Assembly: GCA_951406725.2 (NCBI GenBank)
Contig: OX597814.1
Location: forward strand, 54,374,001 to 54,438,000
Direction: 5' to 3'
DNA length: 64,000 nt
From: Octopus vulgaris
Taxonomy: Eukaryota
Shown here: piece after piece, positions 12,743-26,059 of the stretch
How positions within the stretch are numbered: the stretch's first letter is position 1
How the letters are laid out: each line of letters starts with the position of its first letter
Notes under the pieces: model-generated
What the model was told of the DNA's origin: nothing
The model's database searches: none
Seen by the model: the letters and a program-made list of their open reading frames with translations, nothing else
Made by a program: the position numbers and the translations under genes

Positions 12743-14789
12743 ATACAACTATATGCATGAGAATACATACATAATGCAAAATATACAAATCTGCAAATAT
12801 ACATACATACAAACAAAAATGCCCTGTTGTTGATGAGGAAATTCCAGTGGAGGAGCCTTGAATCTAGGTTAGAAACCGGCTTTTTCAATATTGGCAAGAA
12901 ATCTTGAGATAAAACTGAACAATGACATACATACACGTGTGAAAGAAATGGAAGTGAAAGGAAGTAGCAAGCCTGCATTAAAGAAATTATATGGAAAGGG
13001 ATCTAGTTTGATGGGCCAGGAGTAAAATTGGATGTTGTTTTCTCAGGTGCAATAAACACAAAACAAAACATGTAAAGGTGCATGGAAATTATGAATCTAA
13101 ACAATTGAAGTTTTGAGACATTTTCCTCAAAACACTGTTTAACAAACTTTTAATTTTCTATTTTATTTCTTTTTTTTTGTCTTTGGTCTGCAGGTGTTAT
13201 TTCTTATTTGCTTCTATCTAGAAATAAAAGGAAATGACAACTGTTCCCTTCGATCTTTGCTGTTGTGAGCTGGACATTAATGTTTTGAAACTGACTTATT
13301 TTCTATTACATTTCAGACAGATTCAGTGCTAAGTTGCTGAAGCAGAAATAACAAATATTCTGCTCAATACCACAGATTTGCTTGTCTGTTGCTTGACCTT
13401 AACCACTTTAGAATGTCCCTTAGTGGTTGACAATATGTGCATCTCTGATCATGAGCAGGAGTAGCAGGGGAGCATCATAGTCATGTGTTGCAAAGGATTC
13501 TTTAAGTTTTGAATAAATGTAGCAAAAGCAAAGTTTGAAGGAAATATTAACCATTTTACATACTTTCTAGGGGTAAGCAAATAAGAAATAACAGTTGCTA
13601 CCCAAGGACAAAAACTGTGTTATACAGTGAAATGGATGACATAAATAGCAGTTTCTGACTAATACCAAATGTTAAGGTGGCTAGTTGACAGAATTGCTAG
13701 CATGTTGGACAAAATGCTTTGTGGCATTTCTTCTGACCTTGCATTCTGCAGATCAGATTCTGCCGAGGTCAACTTTACTTTCAGGTTTGATAAATTAAGT
13801 ACCAGTCAAACCATATAATTGACTTAGCACTTCCCCTAAACTTTCTAGTTTTGTGCCAACATTTGAAATCATTATTAATTTTTAGAATATATTAGATGGC
13901 TTTTTGTACTCCGTTCAATGCCTGGATTCTTTCCAGCTGTCACATTTGATCCTTATACAATTTTACATAACTTTTACATCAATCTTGATATAAGTTGTGT
14001 ATATGACTTTTACTTATGAGTCTTTGAATTGATTAACTTCTTCATTTCCAAACACTTTTATGTACGTTTTGTCATATTTTTCTCAAACTTTTAAAACTGT
14101 ACTTCATGTGTTAGTTTTCACCTGTCTTTTGCATGCTTGTGCGTTCATTTTGTTATTACACAGGGCAAAATAATATACTACTCACTCAAAATGTAAACAT
14201 GCACACACACACACACACGCACACCCATATAAATACATATACATTTGTGCCAGCGACATGTAAAAGGTGCCCGTGCTGGTGACATATAAATGGCACCCTT
14301 GCTGGTGACATGTAAAAGACACATCCCAGTGACACATTAAAGGCACCTATGCTGGTGACACATAAGGGACACCAAGTACACTCTATAAAATGATTGTTAT
14401 TAGGAAGGGCACATACAAAGCATGTAAAAAGCACCATCTGAATGTAGTTGATGCCAGCCCCCACCACCCTGACTGGCTCCTGTGCCGGTAGTATGCAAAA
14501 AGCACCATCTGATCATGGCCACTGCCAGAGCTACCTGACTGGCTCCCGTGCCGGTGGAATTAAAAAGCACTCACTATACTCTCGGAGTGGTTGGCATTAG
14601 GAAGGGCATCCAGCTGTAGAAACATTGCTAGATCAGATTGGAGCCTGATGCGGCCTCCTGGCTTGCCAGTCTCCAGTCAAACCATCCAACCCATGCCAGT
14701 GTGGAAAACGAGCCTTAAACGATGATGATGATGATGATGAAATATACAAATATACAATATATACAAATATAGGCACAAATATACAAATA

Positions 14790-14915
14790 CAGGTGCAGGA
14801 GTGGCTGTGTGGTAAGAAGCTCGCCTCCCAACCACATGGTTCCGAGTGCAGTCCCACTGAGTGACACCTTGGACAAGTGTCTTTTACCATAGCCTCAAGC
14901 CGACCAAAGCCTGTC

Positions 14916-14981
<66 letters not shown>

Positions 14982-15242
14982 GTATATATATATATGTATA
15001 TATATATGTCTATATATGTATTTATGTATGTATGTATATATTTGTGTGTCTGTGTTTGTCCCCCCCCCCACCAGCGCTTGACAACCGATGTTGATGTGTT
15101 TACATCCCCAAAACTTATCAGTTCAGCAAAAGAAATCAATAGAATGAGTACTAGGCTTACAAAGAATAAGTCCTGGTGTTGATTTGTTCGACTAAAGTTT
15201 GTGCTCCACCATGGCCACAGTCAAATGACTGAAACAAATGAA
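14790..15242 (+). mobile_element. Full-length SINE family A with internal (TA)n
   Basis: tRNA-like head GGAGTGGCTGTGTGGTAAGAAGC...GGTTCCGAGTGCAGTCC and tail CAGTCAAATGACTGAAAC. Further copies near 400-645 (-), 18020-18190 (-), 19575-20000, 44630-44970. Confidence 0.85.
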
Positions 15243-15559
15243 AAAAAATTTTTTTTAATACATTTATTCCCATATATACGTGTGTGTGTGGGGGGGGGAG
15301 GGTATGAACATGGCTGTGTGGTTAAGAAGTTCGCTTTTATGCTTTGTGTTTCTGGGTTCATTCTCACTGTGTGGAAGAAAGATGTCCAGGTCATTCATTG
15401 TTCAATACACTAGGGAAAATATTAACCTTGCTTGGAAACAGATGAAGGTTGGTTTATAGAAAGAACATCTGGATGCTGAAAAATCTATCTCTACATAAAT
15501 TCATCTTACCCATTGAAAGGTCTTGTCTTGTAAGTTATTTGGAATCCTCACTGTTGCTG

Positions 15560-15726
15560 GAGCTACAGAAAAAAGAAACAACCAGTACATTCTGTAAAGT
15601 AGTTGGCGTTAGGAAGGGCACCCAATCGTAGAAACCTTGCCAAAACAGACATTAGAGCTCCTGTCAAACTGTCCAAACCATGCCAGCATGAAAAACAGAC
15701 ATTAAATGAAGACGATGACGATGGTG

Positions 15727-15785
<59 letters not shown>

Positions 15786-15786
15786 A
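15560..15786 (+). mobile_element. SINE family C (RTE-type 3' end) with an expanded (GAT)n tail
   Basis: GTTGGCGTTAGGAAGGGCA...CATGCCAGCATG...ATTAAATGA followed by more than 20 GAT units. Further copies near 14580-14740, 20945-21090, 21985-22200, 33572-33740, 37665-37812, 38806-39120, 43630-43910. Confidence 0.85.
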
Positions 15787-17197
15787 TAAATACATACACA
15801 TAACACACACGCACACAAAAAAAATCATACATGCATACATATATTAACACAGGTGTGTGTGTGTTTGCATGTGTGTGTGTATGTTTCTGTGTGTGTGTGT
15901 TTGTGCGTCTGTGTGTGTGTGTGTGTTTCTCTGTGTGTGTGTGTGTGTATGTTTCTCTGTGTGTGTGTATGTTTATGTGTGTGTGTGTGTATATATATAT
16001 ATATGTCTGTATGTGTGTGTATGTGTGTGCGTGTGTGTACTCTAACATAAAGTATACAGTAACACAAAGAATGAGCAAAAGGAAATGAGTTTATAGGTAT
16101 GAATTTGATTGTATGTCTGAACCTATAAATATGTTTGTGTCTATATATGTAATATGTGTATAGTTGTATACATGTGCAAGGGTGTTTATTAGCATACTTT
16201 GAAACACCTTGTTTATAGACTTGAATGTGTGTTAATGAGAGTATACCTTTTTATATTCCTGTTTATATTCAGTAAATGTTGCGTGTGAAAGGGCACTTGT
16301 AAAGTATCCTCCTTGGTGCAATGTTAATAAAGCTGGAATAAAGTTACTTACTACTGACTCTATTAGCAGGTGTGTATTTATGCCACACCCAGTATATCCA
16401 AAACAGAGGTGGGAGAGGAAGAATAAGGTAACTCTTATATAATATATACATACATATTTTGATTTGATGTACTTTCCAGTTTTAAAAGTATAGACTCAGA
16501 TAAACTGTTGTATGACAATATTGCATGAGTTAGCACTGGTATTTATTATATTGTATGCTTATATACCACTATCCTTTCTACTAAAAGCACAAGGTCTGAA
16601 ATTTGGGTAAAGGGGAATAGTCAATTACATCAACCCCCAGTGTTTTACTAGTACATATTTTATCAACCTTGAAAGGATGAAAGGCTAAGTTGACGTCAGT
16701 GGAATTTGAACTCAGAACATGAAGACATGAAATATCGCTAATCATTTCACCCAGTGTGCTTACAATTCTGCCAGCTCACCACCTTGCACTTATCTAACAT
16801 AATAAACAGAGAGACATACAAAGACATATATTGGTTTCAAACCTTGGCATTAGGCCAGCAATTTGAAGGGAAGGGTTAAGTCGACTACATTGACCCTGGT
16901 GATCAACTGGTATTTATTTTATCAATCCCAAAAGGGTTAAAGGCAAACTCAGAACATAGACTGTCAAGATGCCACGAAGCATTTTGCCTGGTATGTTAAC
17001 AATTCTTCCAGCTTGCTGCCTTACAGAGATATATATTAAAATGCTCAAACTAACATAAAGACACAGAAATACCAGAAATCTAACAGCCAATGAAAATGTA
17101 TGCCTCTATGGATTATAAAAGAGGAATATACATACATACATACATACATACATACATACATGCATGCATACATGCATGCATGCATGCACACACGCAC

Positions 17198-17247
<50 letters not shown>

Positions 17248-17641
17248 TATAAATTGTACAGGTGTGAATTTCCTAGAAGACATATGCAAACATCAACATA
17301 TACATTTGGTGTACATGAACACACACATAAGAGTGAAGAGAAATGCATATCCACCACACAATTTATCCATGAGCACAAATATGCATATACATACTCATCA
17401 ACTGATTCAGACAACCACGATCCACTTACAACTGTCTTAATAAAAGAAAGAACCTTGCCACTTGTTCAGTAGTCAGCTTAAATTCTCCAAATTAAAAAAA
17501 AACTTAAATAAATCCAAAAGAAAACACAAGCATGCATGCATGCATGCATCCATCCATATATACATACACGCACACACATATATATACACACATATATACA
17601 CATCCATATATACATATATACACATCCATATATACATACAC

Positions 17642-17692
<51 letters not shown>

Positions 17693-17972
17693 TATATACA
17701 TATATATATATATTATATATATATGATATTATATATATATAACGACTTGGACTGTGGGTATGTGGCTATTAGTATGTAGATTAAAGCAGAGTCACTGTTT
17801 GAGCTACCTGATGTCATCCACAGTAACAATATAATTTTCACTGGATCTATGTCAGGAAATCCACAGAGTTTGTTGGGTTTATAATTGATGAAGAAAATGG
17901 AAGATGGATGTTTTAAAGATTTACTATTTATACCCGACCTTAAATGGTTAACCCATCTTGTTTCTTTCATCA

Positions 17973-18028
<56 letters not shown>

Positions 18029-18464
18029 TTTGGGTTTCTTTCAGTTTCTATCTGCCAAATCTACTCAAGTCTTTGGTCAGCTCAAGGCTATAGTAGGAGA
18101 TACTTGCCCCAGGTTCCATGCAACAGGACTAAAACCAAAACCATGTGGTTAGGAAACAAACTTCTTACCATACAGCTACACCCTGCACCTAATTCAAAGT
18201 AGCTCCAAAAATTTTTTAAACCCAACAAATTTGTTTCCCCATAAGTTTTTTTAAAATGCTGATTTTTTAAAAACAATTTTCCAGAGGTACATTTTATATG
18301 AGTGTCACTTTGGGCAAGTGTCTTATAACCTATCCCTGGGCTTTAGCCTTATTTGTGGATTTGGTAGATAGGAACTGAAAGAAGCTTGTTGTTGTTGTTG
18401 TTGCTGTTATTGTTATTGTTTCCAGAAAGATGTTAAAAAACACTGGAAGGAGGAGATATTCTTA

Positions 18465-18650
18465 TCAAACACGCACTGTTGTCCTGAAGAATTCTCCAAT
18501 GTTGTTGTTCAGGAGAGCTGTACTACTTGAGTTTTGATATAGTGCTTCGATTAATTCGATGAGGTAATTGTTGAAGTAGTAATTCTTCATCACTTGCCAC
18601 AACCCATTGTGCCAAACATGGTCAAAGGCCTGATAGAAGTCAGACTGGTG
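18465..18650 (-). mobile_element. RTE-type LINE RT fragment
   Basis: DFYQAFDHVWHNGLWQVM...LIEALYQNSSSTALLNNNIGEFFRTTVRV (DF.KAFD.V motif through the region preceding GVRQG). Confidence 0.85.
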
Positions 18651-21600
18651 TTGCAGATGTTTGTCAGTGAGCTGTTTAAAAACATTAAAATAATTATTTA
18701 AGTGGGACAAAGGTGTTTGTGTGGATGCAAACATAGAGGCATACACACACACACACACACACACACACGCGCACACACACACACACACATACACACACAC
18801 ATATATATATCACCACCACTATCAGCAGCAGCCGCGGCATTTAATGTCCGTTTTCCATGCTGTATGTATATATACGCACACATATACATATATTATTTCA
18901 TATATATATATATACACACATACATACTTATAAACATATATACATGTATACAGAGAGAGAGGGAGAGAGAGAGAACAAATATCTACTGCAATGTTTACTG
19001 GACGCTTTTTAGTTTAAGAAAAACAAAAATGGTGTGAGAAGGGAGATAACTCTCACGAACCATATTTTACAGAATTTCTCATTTTTGCCAGCTAAGTGTA
19101 CTGGAGCAAAGTGAAATGAAATGTTTTGCTCAAGAATACAATGCATCGCCCAGTCCAGGAATTGAAACCATAATTTTACGATCATGAGTCCAACACCCTA
19201 ACCACTAAACCACATGCCTCCACTAAAAGGTAAAGTTACCTTCTCAAGTCATGCTGACTCACAAGGGCTGGTTTCCATGATGTATAAATTCCCCGCCTGG
19301 ACATGACGTCAGTCCGTCACAAGATTACTCATTTTTACCAGCTGAGTGGATTGGAACACCATGAAATGAAGTGTTTTGCGGGACCAGGAATTGAAACCAC
19401 AATGTTATGATAATCAGTCCAACACCCTACCCATTAAGCCACCACTAAATTTTGGAGAAAGAGTATAGTTGATTAAATCCACCCCATTATTTAACTTGAA
19501 TTCTGCTTCATCAACCAAACTCAATATCTTTCCACTTCTATCACTAGTGCTGCTTATATCAGCAAAAATAAATATGTGCAAGAATAGCTGTTTGCTTTGC
19601 AACCATATGGTTTCAGGTTCGGTCCCACCGAATAGCATCTTGGGCAAGTGTCTTCTGCTATAGCCTCAAGGTGAGCAATGCCTATTGAGCAAATTTCATA
19701 GATGGAAGCCATGTGGAAGTCTGTTACACACACACACACATACATACACTTATACACACATACATACATACTTATATTTATATGTGTGTGTGAGCATTTG
19801 TGTTTGTCTCCTCACTGTTTGACAACCAGTGTTGGTCTCTCTACATCTCTATAACTTTGCAGTTCAGCAGATAATATCAATAGAATAAGTACCGAAGTTA
19901 AAATATGTACGTGTGGTTGGGAGAGTAATTATTTTGACTTGTCCTACAAAACAGTGCTCCAGCATGGTTGTAGTTGAATGACTGAAAGAAGCAAAATACT
20001 ATAAACTATGGCAAAAAAATAAGAAATTTTGAAATTAGTTTTTAATTATTGTCAAATTTTCAAATTATTCCAATAACAAAATTAACCCCATGAATCAACA
20101 GCAGAGTTTGTGACATAAATGTTTTTAATTTCATTATAATTTTACCATTCAATTTTATTATAAACACTACATTCTCCCTAATTTTGGCCCAAGGTCACTA
20201 GTTTTGAGAGGAGGGGATATGTCAATTACATTGATCCTAGTACTAGGCTGGTACTTATTTTATTAACCCTAAAAGGATGAAAGGCAAAGTTGACCTCAGC
20301 AGAATTTGGACTATAAAGAGCTGGAAGAAATGCCAATAAGCATTTTGCCCAACTTGTCACCATTCATTTTTTTTGCCTTGTGCATACTGATTTCAAATTG
20401 GCACAGGGCTACAAATTTTCAGCATTTCACCTCCTAGAAATAGCAGCTAAACACATTTCAAATTATATCCTACTGTATTAAAAAGATAAAGAAAAAACCA
20501 GAAAGGACACGTTAAATTTGTTTTAATCTGTAACTTAGTTGCAGGAGAGCTTCTGAACCAGAAGGCCAGGCCTGAATACTTTCAACAGAGTGGACTCCAC
20601 TAAAGGTACCCAAGAACTAGGTGGGGGTACTAAACTATATGGTTAGAGCGTTGGGTTCAATCATGAAGTAGTGAGTTTGGTTCCCAGACTGGGTTGTGTG
20701 TTGTGTTCTTGAGATAAACACTTTTTACATGTTGCTCCAGTCCATTCAGCTGTAGAAATGTATTGCAACATTACTGGTGCCAGCCTTTGCATCTCCCATG
20801 GACAGGAGAGGCTGATATGCATGGACTGCTGGTCTTCCATAAACGAAATTGCTCAGACTTGTGCCCCAGAGGGTAACTTTGTAGGTGCAATCCTATGGTC
20901 ATTCATGACTGAAAGGGGTCTTTGTATATACATACACATATATATCATCATCATCATCTTCAACATTTAACGTCCACCTTCTATGCAGGCATGGGTTGGA
21001 CGGTTTGACAGGAGCTGGTCAGGTAGAAGATTACCCCAGGCTACTGTGTTTGTTTTGGCATAGTTTTTACAGCTGGATGCCCTTCCTAACCCAGAGTGTT
21101 CCCCCAAAAGATATATATACTTTAACAACTGATAAATCAATTTTTATTTCTTTTTAGATTTAACTGATAAGAAATAATAAAGGAAGCCAGACTAAGCTTT
21201 GAACAAAGGAAATTTATCCTGAAGTGCTACCAGAGGTTTGAAAATGCAATTGAAGTGCGAAGACAGTTTATGTGGGAGTTCCAAACTGATCTGCTTATAT
21301 GAATTACCATCACTTGAATTAGAGTTAAGTTTGGAGCAAATAGATCTATTCAAAATGTCCACAAGAAATGTTCCAGAAGACCACAGACATTGATAAGCAC
21401 CTTGGAACAAAAAAAGGGAAAAGGGAACAAGAAATGTATTGCCAGAGTTTTAAAAAATCTCTGTAGCAAGAGTCATGAGAGATCTAGGGTTTTTAGGAAT
21501 GTGGAACCACCTCTTAGCAACTATTGTTCCCAGGTCTGTTCTAACTTGGAGTAGTAGTATCTGTTAGGATCCCAGCTATTGGTTAATTAGAATGTGAGCC

Positions 21601-22622
21601 ACTGGGAGTGAAGGACCATTAGTTCTCAATAGAACTTCCTTTCAGGAGAAGGTGAACTGTATAAAAAAAAACCTGAAGTTCAATTGGTTTCTGGTTGTCT
21701 CAACTTCTGCTGTGCCACTGGTGTTATAGCTGATTGCACTGAAAAGTGAGTTCAGTGCTCACTAGTGTAGCTAGAGGGGTACGAGGGCACAGTCCACCCT
21801 GGGTGACACTTTTATGGGGGAGGCACCCCTTATGGGTCTGCTGTAGGTAATATGTAATTCTTGTGGGATGAGTACAGTATAGTCCAAAGTATCTGTGGGC
21901 ATCCAGTTGATCATCATAATTGATTCTTTTCGTCAGGTGATACTGCATTAGTGCATCAATCACACACACACACAAGCACATACCATCATCATCATCATCA
22001 TCATCATTTAACATCCTTGCTCCATACTGGCATGAGTTGGACAGTTTGACAAGGAGCCTATGGATCCAAGAACTGCATCAGGCTCTAATGTCTGCTTTGG
22101 CATGGTTTCTATGGCTGGATGTCCTTCCTAATGCTAACCACTTTATGTACAGGGTACTTTTTCGTGTCACAAGCACTACTGTGATTGCTATGCAATTTAC
22201 AAATCTATAAAACCCAAGTAATGAGAGAGAGTGTCCTTATGTTAGATGGGGAATAAGATATGATGGAAATGGTTAGGACAGGGTAGATTCATGATGCAGA
22301 GGAACTACATGGTTGCTTGCATTTAGGAGAGGGAGTGAGAATGATTTAGAGGTATGTCCAAGGAGACAGATAGTGGTGATGAGGTGTCCAGGTGGCACCT
22401 CAAGGCATGAGGTGAGTAGTAGTGGGTAGGACCTTCAAGGGTATATGGAAGAAGAGATAGGGGAAATTGGAGAGCAAGGGTAGGCAACATTTGTAAAGCT
22501 TGGGAAGGATTGAAGGGAGAAAGTACATGAGTTGAGGAGGCTAGAGTAGTAATGATAAGGTTGGCAGAGAGGAGAGTGATGGTATGTTTGAATAGGCTAC
22601 AGGAGTAAGAGGGGGGAGATAT

Positions 22623-22666
<44 letters not shown>

Positions 22667-22774
22667 AGTGCATGAAGCACTAAGCTTCAAAAGAAAGTCC
22701 TGGAGTTGATTTGTTTGACTAAACTCTCCAAGACAGTGCCCCAGCATGGTCACAGTCAAAACAAGTTACTTATA

Positions 22775-22912
22775 CAGGGTGTTCAAAAAGTCATGCTGCA
22801 GTGAATTTTTAAAGTCTTCTAAAGTCTAATATGTTCTCTTGTAGTCTTATACCATCTTATAGATATTTATTTTGCAATAAAATACTCACTGTGGAGAGAC
22901 TTTTTCAACACC

Positions 22913-22915
<3 letters not shown>
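22775..22915. mobile_element. Tc1/mariner-type MITE
   Basis: TIRs CAGGGTGTTCAAAAAGTC / GACTTTTTCAACACCCTG; TA on the left, TG on the right. Confidence 0.8.
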
Positions 22916-22953
<38 letters not shown>

Positions 22954-23037
22954 CACACACACACACACACACACATATGTCGTCTAACAATCAATAAGTC
23001 AGGGTAAAGATGCACTCATATATGTCAATATCCGCAA

Positions 23038-23635
23038 TGTACAGTACTATATATCTGTCACAGCTGATCTTACCAAACAGTTTTGCACTAGGAATACAAT
23101 GGAATGTTAGATAACAATCCAATTGTATAACCTTACACTCATCAGAGTTAGCCTATATGAAAAGGAATATGGTTATTGCTCTCTATTGTCAGATGTAAAT
23201 GGGCACATCTGGTATGTGGTTGCTGAGAAAAAAAAATGGTGAAATGAAAATGAGCAAGTGATCAGTTTAAAGCCAGTAAGAGTTATTTTGAAGTGTTTGT
23301 GGGAAATGCATGCATTATTAAGTGTGGTACTCCTGTGGGGATGGGATATGTGATATGTGTAGTGATGCCACAGGTATAATTTTTTCTGGGGGTGTAGGTG
23401 TATATATATATATACATACACTCATTTTTGTTTGACCATCTTTTTCACAGCAACCACATACCAGATGTGTCCATTCACTTCTGACAATAGAGAGCAGTTG
23501 CCATATTCCTTTCCATATCAGCTAACTCTGATGAGCATAAGGTTATATAATCGGATTGTTACCTAACATGCCGTTTTATTCCTGGTGTGAAACCAATTAA
23601 TAAGATCAGCCATGATGGATATATAATACTGTACA
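23038..23635. mobile_element. Palindromic Penelope-type element; arms 23038-23254 and 23421-23635 each carry a hammerhead-like motif
   Basis: The ~215-bp arms are reverse complements around a ~165-bp spacer; CTGATGA at 23528-23534 and GAAA at 23589-23592, with a mirror copy at 23069-23151. Confidence 0.75.
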
Positions 23636-23714
23636 GTTCAGATTATATCCATATCTGTGCGTGTGTGTGTGTGTGTGTATATATACATGGTACATACACA
23701 CACACATACATATA

Positions 23715-24220
23715 TTTATATGCTAGAATAAGAATAGGATGGACGAAGTTCGTAAAGCTATTACCTCTGTTGGTAACAAAAACACTCTTTCTCAGAGTGA
23801 GAGGGGTAGATTGTATGATGCTTGTGTACAAACAACCAACAAGAGTCTATGGTAGTGAGACGGGTGCTCTAAATGCAGAAGATATGCATAGACTAGGGAG
23901 GAATGAAGCTAGTACGCTCTTATGGATATGCAATATCAGTATGCATCAACAACAAAGCGCAAATGTACTGAGAGAAAGTTGGGCATAAGAGGAATCAGAT
24001 GCAGCATGCAAGAGAGAAGATAATGCTTGTTTAGAAAGTGATGCATATAAATGAAGACAGCTGAATAAAGAAGTGCCAGTAGCTTAAGTAGATGGCACCT
24101 GTAGAAGACAGAGACCCAAAAAGACATGGAAGGAAGTAGTGAGGACTGATCTCAAGATGTTGGGCTTCATGGAGCAGATGACAATGGACTGAGATGTTTG
24201 GCAATATGAGGTTCTTGAAT
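23715..24220 (+). mobile_element. Degenerate RTE(-X)-like LINE 3' fragment
   Basis: ARIRIGWTKFVKLLPLLVTK...YGSETGALNAEDMHRLGRNEASTLLWICN; same family as 24760-25490. Confidence 0.85.
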
Positions 24221-24457
24221 AAGGCAGTGAGTTGTCAGAATCGTTAGCACACCAGGTGAAATGCCTTGTGGCATTTCATCTGCTGTTACATTCTGAGTTC
24301 AAATTACACTGAGGTTGACTTTGCCTTCAGATTGGAGCTTGGTGCAGCTTTCTGGCTTGCCAGTCTTCCGTCAAACTGTCCAACCCATGCCAGTATGGAA
24401 AGCAGACGTTAAAGTTCAACAATGGTGATGATGATATATATATATATATGTACATAT

Positions 24458-24490
<33 letters not shown>

Positions 24491-24759
24491 CGTAAGACTG
24501 CATCAGGCTCCAGTCTTATCTGGCAATGTTTCTACAGCTGGATGCCCTTCCTAACACCAACCACTCCGTGAGTGTAGTAGGTGCTTTTTACGTGCCACCT
24601 GCACAGGTGAGGCTGGCAACGGCCACGGTCGGATTGGTGCTTTTTACGTGCCACAGGCATGGAAGCCAGTCGAGGCGGCGCTGGCATCAGCCACGATTCG
24701 GATAGTGCTTTTTACGTACCACCAGTCCAGGGGTCCTGGCATCTGCCGGGTGCCAGTCA

Positions 24760-25490
24760 TAGGATTGGTTCAATTGCTTCACTACCTCGTCCCAGGTTTT
24801 CCTGGATCTACCTCTTCCACGGGTTCCCTCAACTGCTAGGGATTGGCACTTTTTCACACACCTATCTTCATCCATTCTCGCCACATGACCATACCAGCGC
24901 AATCATCTTTCTTGCACACCACAACTGATGCTTCTTAGGTACAACATTTCTCTCAAGGTACTAATGCTCTGTCGAGTATGTACACTGACATTACACATCC
25001 ATCAAAGCATACTGGCTTCATTCCTCGCGAGCTTACGCATGTCCTCAGCAGTCACGGCCCATGTTTCACTGCCATGTAGCATGGCAGTTCGTACACATGC
25101 ATCATACATTCTGCCTTTTACTCTGAGTGAGAGGCCTTTAGTCACCAGCAGAGGTAAGAGCTCTCTAAACTTTGCCCAGGCTATTCTTATTCTAGCACCC
25201 ACCCTCACTACTTTCAACGCACCCACCCTCACTACTGACTTGGTCACCTAGATAACGGAAGCTATCAACTACTTCTAGTTTTACCCCTGGAAAGTGACGG
25301 AAGTTGTTTTCTGCAGATTTTCAGAGGTTAATGCTCCCGAGCATCTGCCACATACAAAAACTATCTTCCCAGTTAGCCTTCCTTTGACATTGCTGCACCT
25401 CTTATGTGTCCATAGCTTACGCTGGGTACATCTTATAGAGTTTCTACCTACACCTTTTCTACAGATCGAGCAGGGCCATCTTCCTGAAGC
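24760..25490 (-). mobile_element. RTE(-X)-like LINE fragment with a PHD-like Cys/His finger inside the RT region
   Basis: WPCSICRKGVGRNSIRCTQ.KLWTHKRCS...FVCGRCSG, then KLEVVDSFRYLGDQ, ARIRIAWAKFRELLPLL, MLHGSETWA and RWYGHVARM. Confidence 0.9.
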
Positions 25491-25541
25491 TTTTCCAGGT
25501 TTTTTTGATACAGAGTCCATGTCTTGCAAGCATACAGTCTA

Positions 25542-25589
<48 letters not shown>

Positions 25590-26059
25590 GTACTTACATA
25601 TAAGAAACCAAAGTGTATGTATGCCGCTATATGTATATACAAAGGAATACAAAAAATGGGAAAAGAACACAGTGCAACATCTATATTCCTCCCCATGCCT
25701 GTCATCTCTTATGTCCCTGCCGTAAGGCTTCACTTTCACACTTTTGTCCTTAGTCGAAAGACACCTGTTATTTGCATTTGTACACCATTTCTCTGGGTTT
25801 TTTTTGTATCCTTGTTTTTGCATACATTTGCTGCTTTTTTCCAAGGAATCTAATGCTCTTAGCTTAGTTTTTCCTTGGGGCTGACCAGATTGGAGCAATC
25901 TTGAGTATAACCAGCCAAAATTGCAAAGATAATCTGGAACTTGACCGAGGAAAGAAAACTTCGAACGACCTGTCTATGTTTTTTCTTGTCTGTCTTTGTA
26001 TCTGCCAGGATGTTTTGTGTTCTTGTCCCATTATATATATATATGTATGTTGTCGGCAC

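Noticed and set aside
15603-15803. ORF ending in poly-Asp
   Set aside because: It is the (GAT)n tail of a SINE.
16148-16405. Possible solo LTR (TGT...AATAAA...ACA)
   Set aside because: No TSD, PBS/PPT or second copy identifiable.
17760-17960. Coding-looking island between microsatellites (ESLFELPDVIHSNNIIFTGS...)
   Set aside because: In-frame stop, no convincing splice sites, and no family recognised.
7628-19037. Many short ORFs rich in CV/YI/HT/LS dipeptides
   Set aside because: Translations of (TG)n, (TA)n, (TATG)n and (CT)n microsatellites; no coding signal.
25860-25960. GGCTG...CAGCC-AAAA hairpin as another hammerhead
   Set aside because: No CUGANGA upstream and no GAAA; insufficient support.
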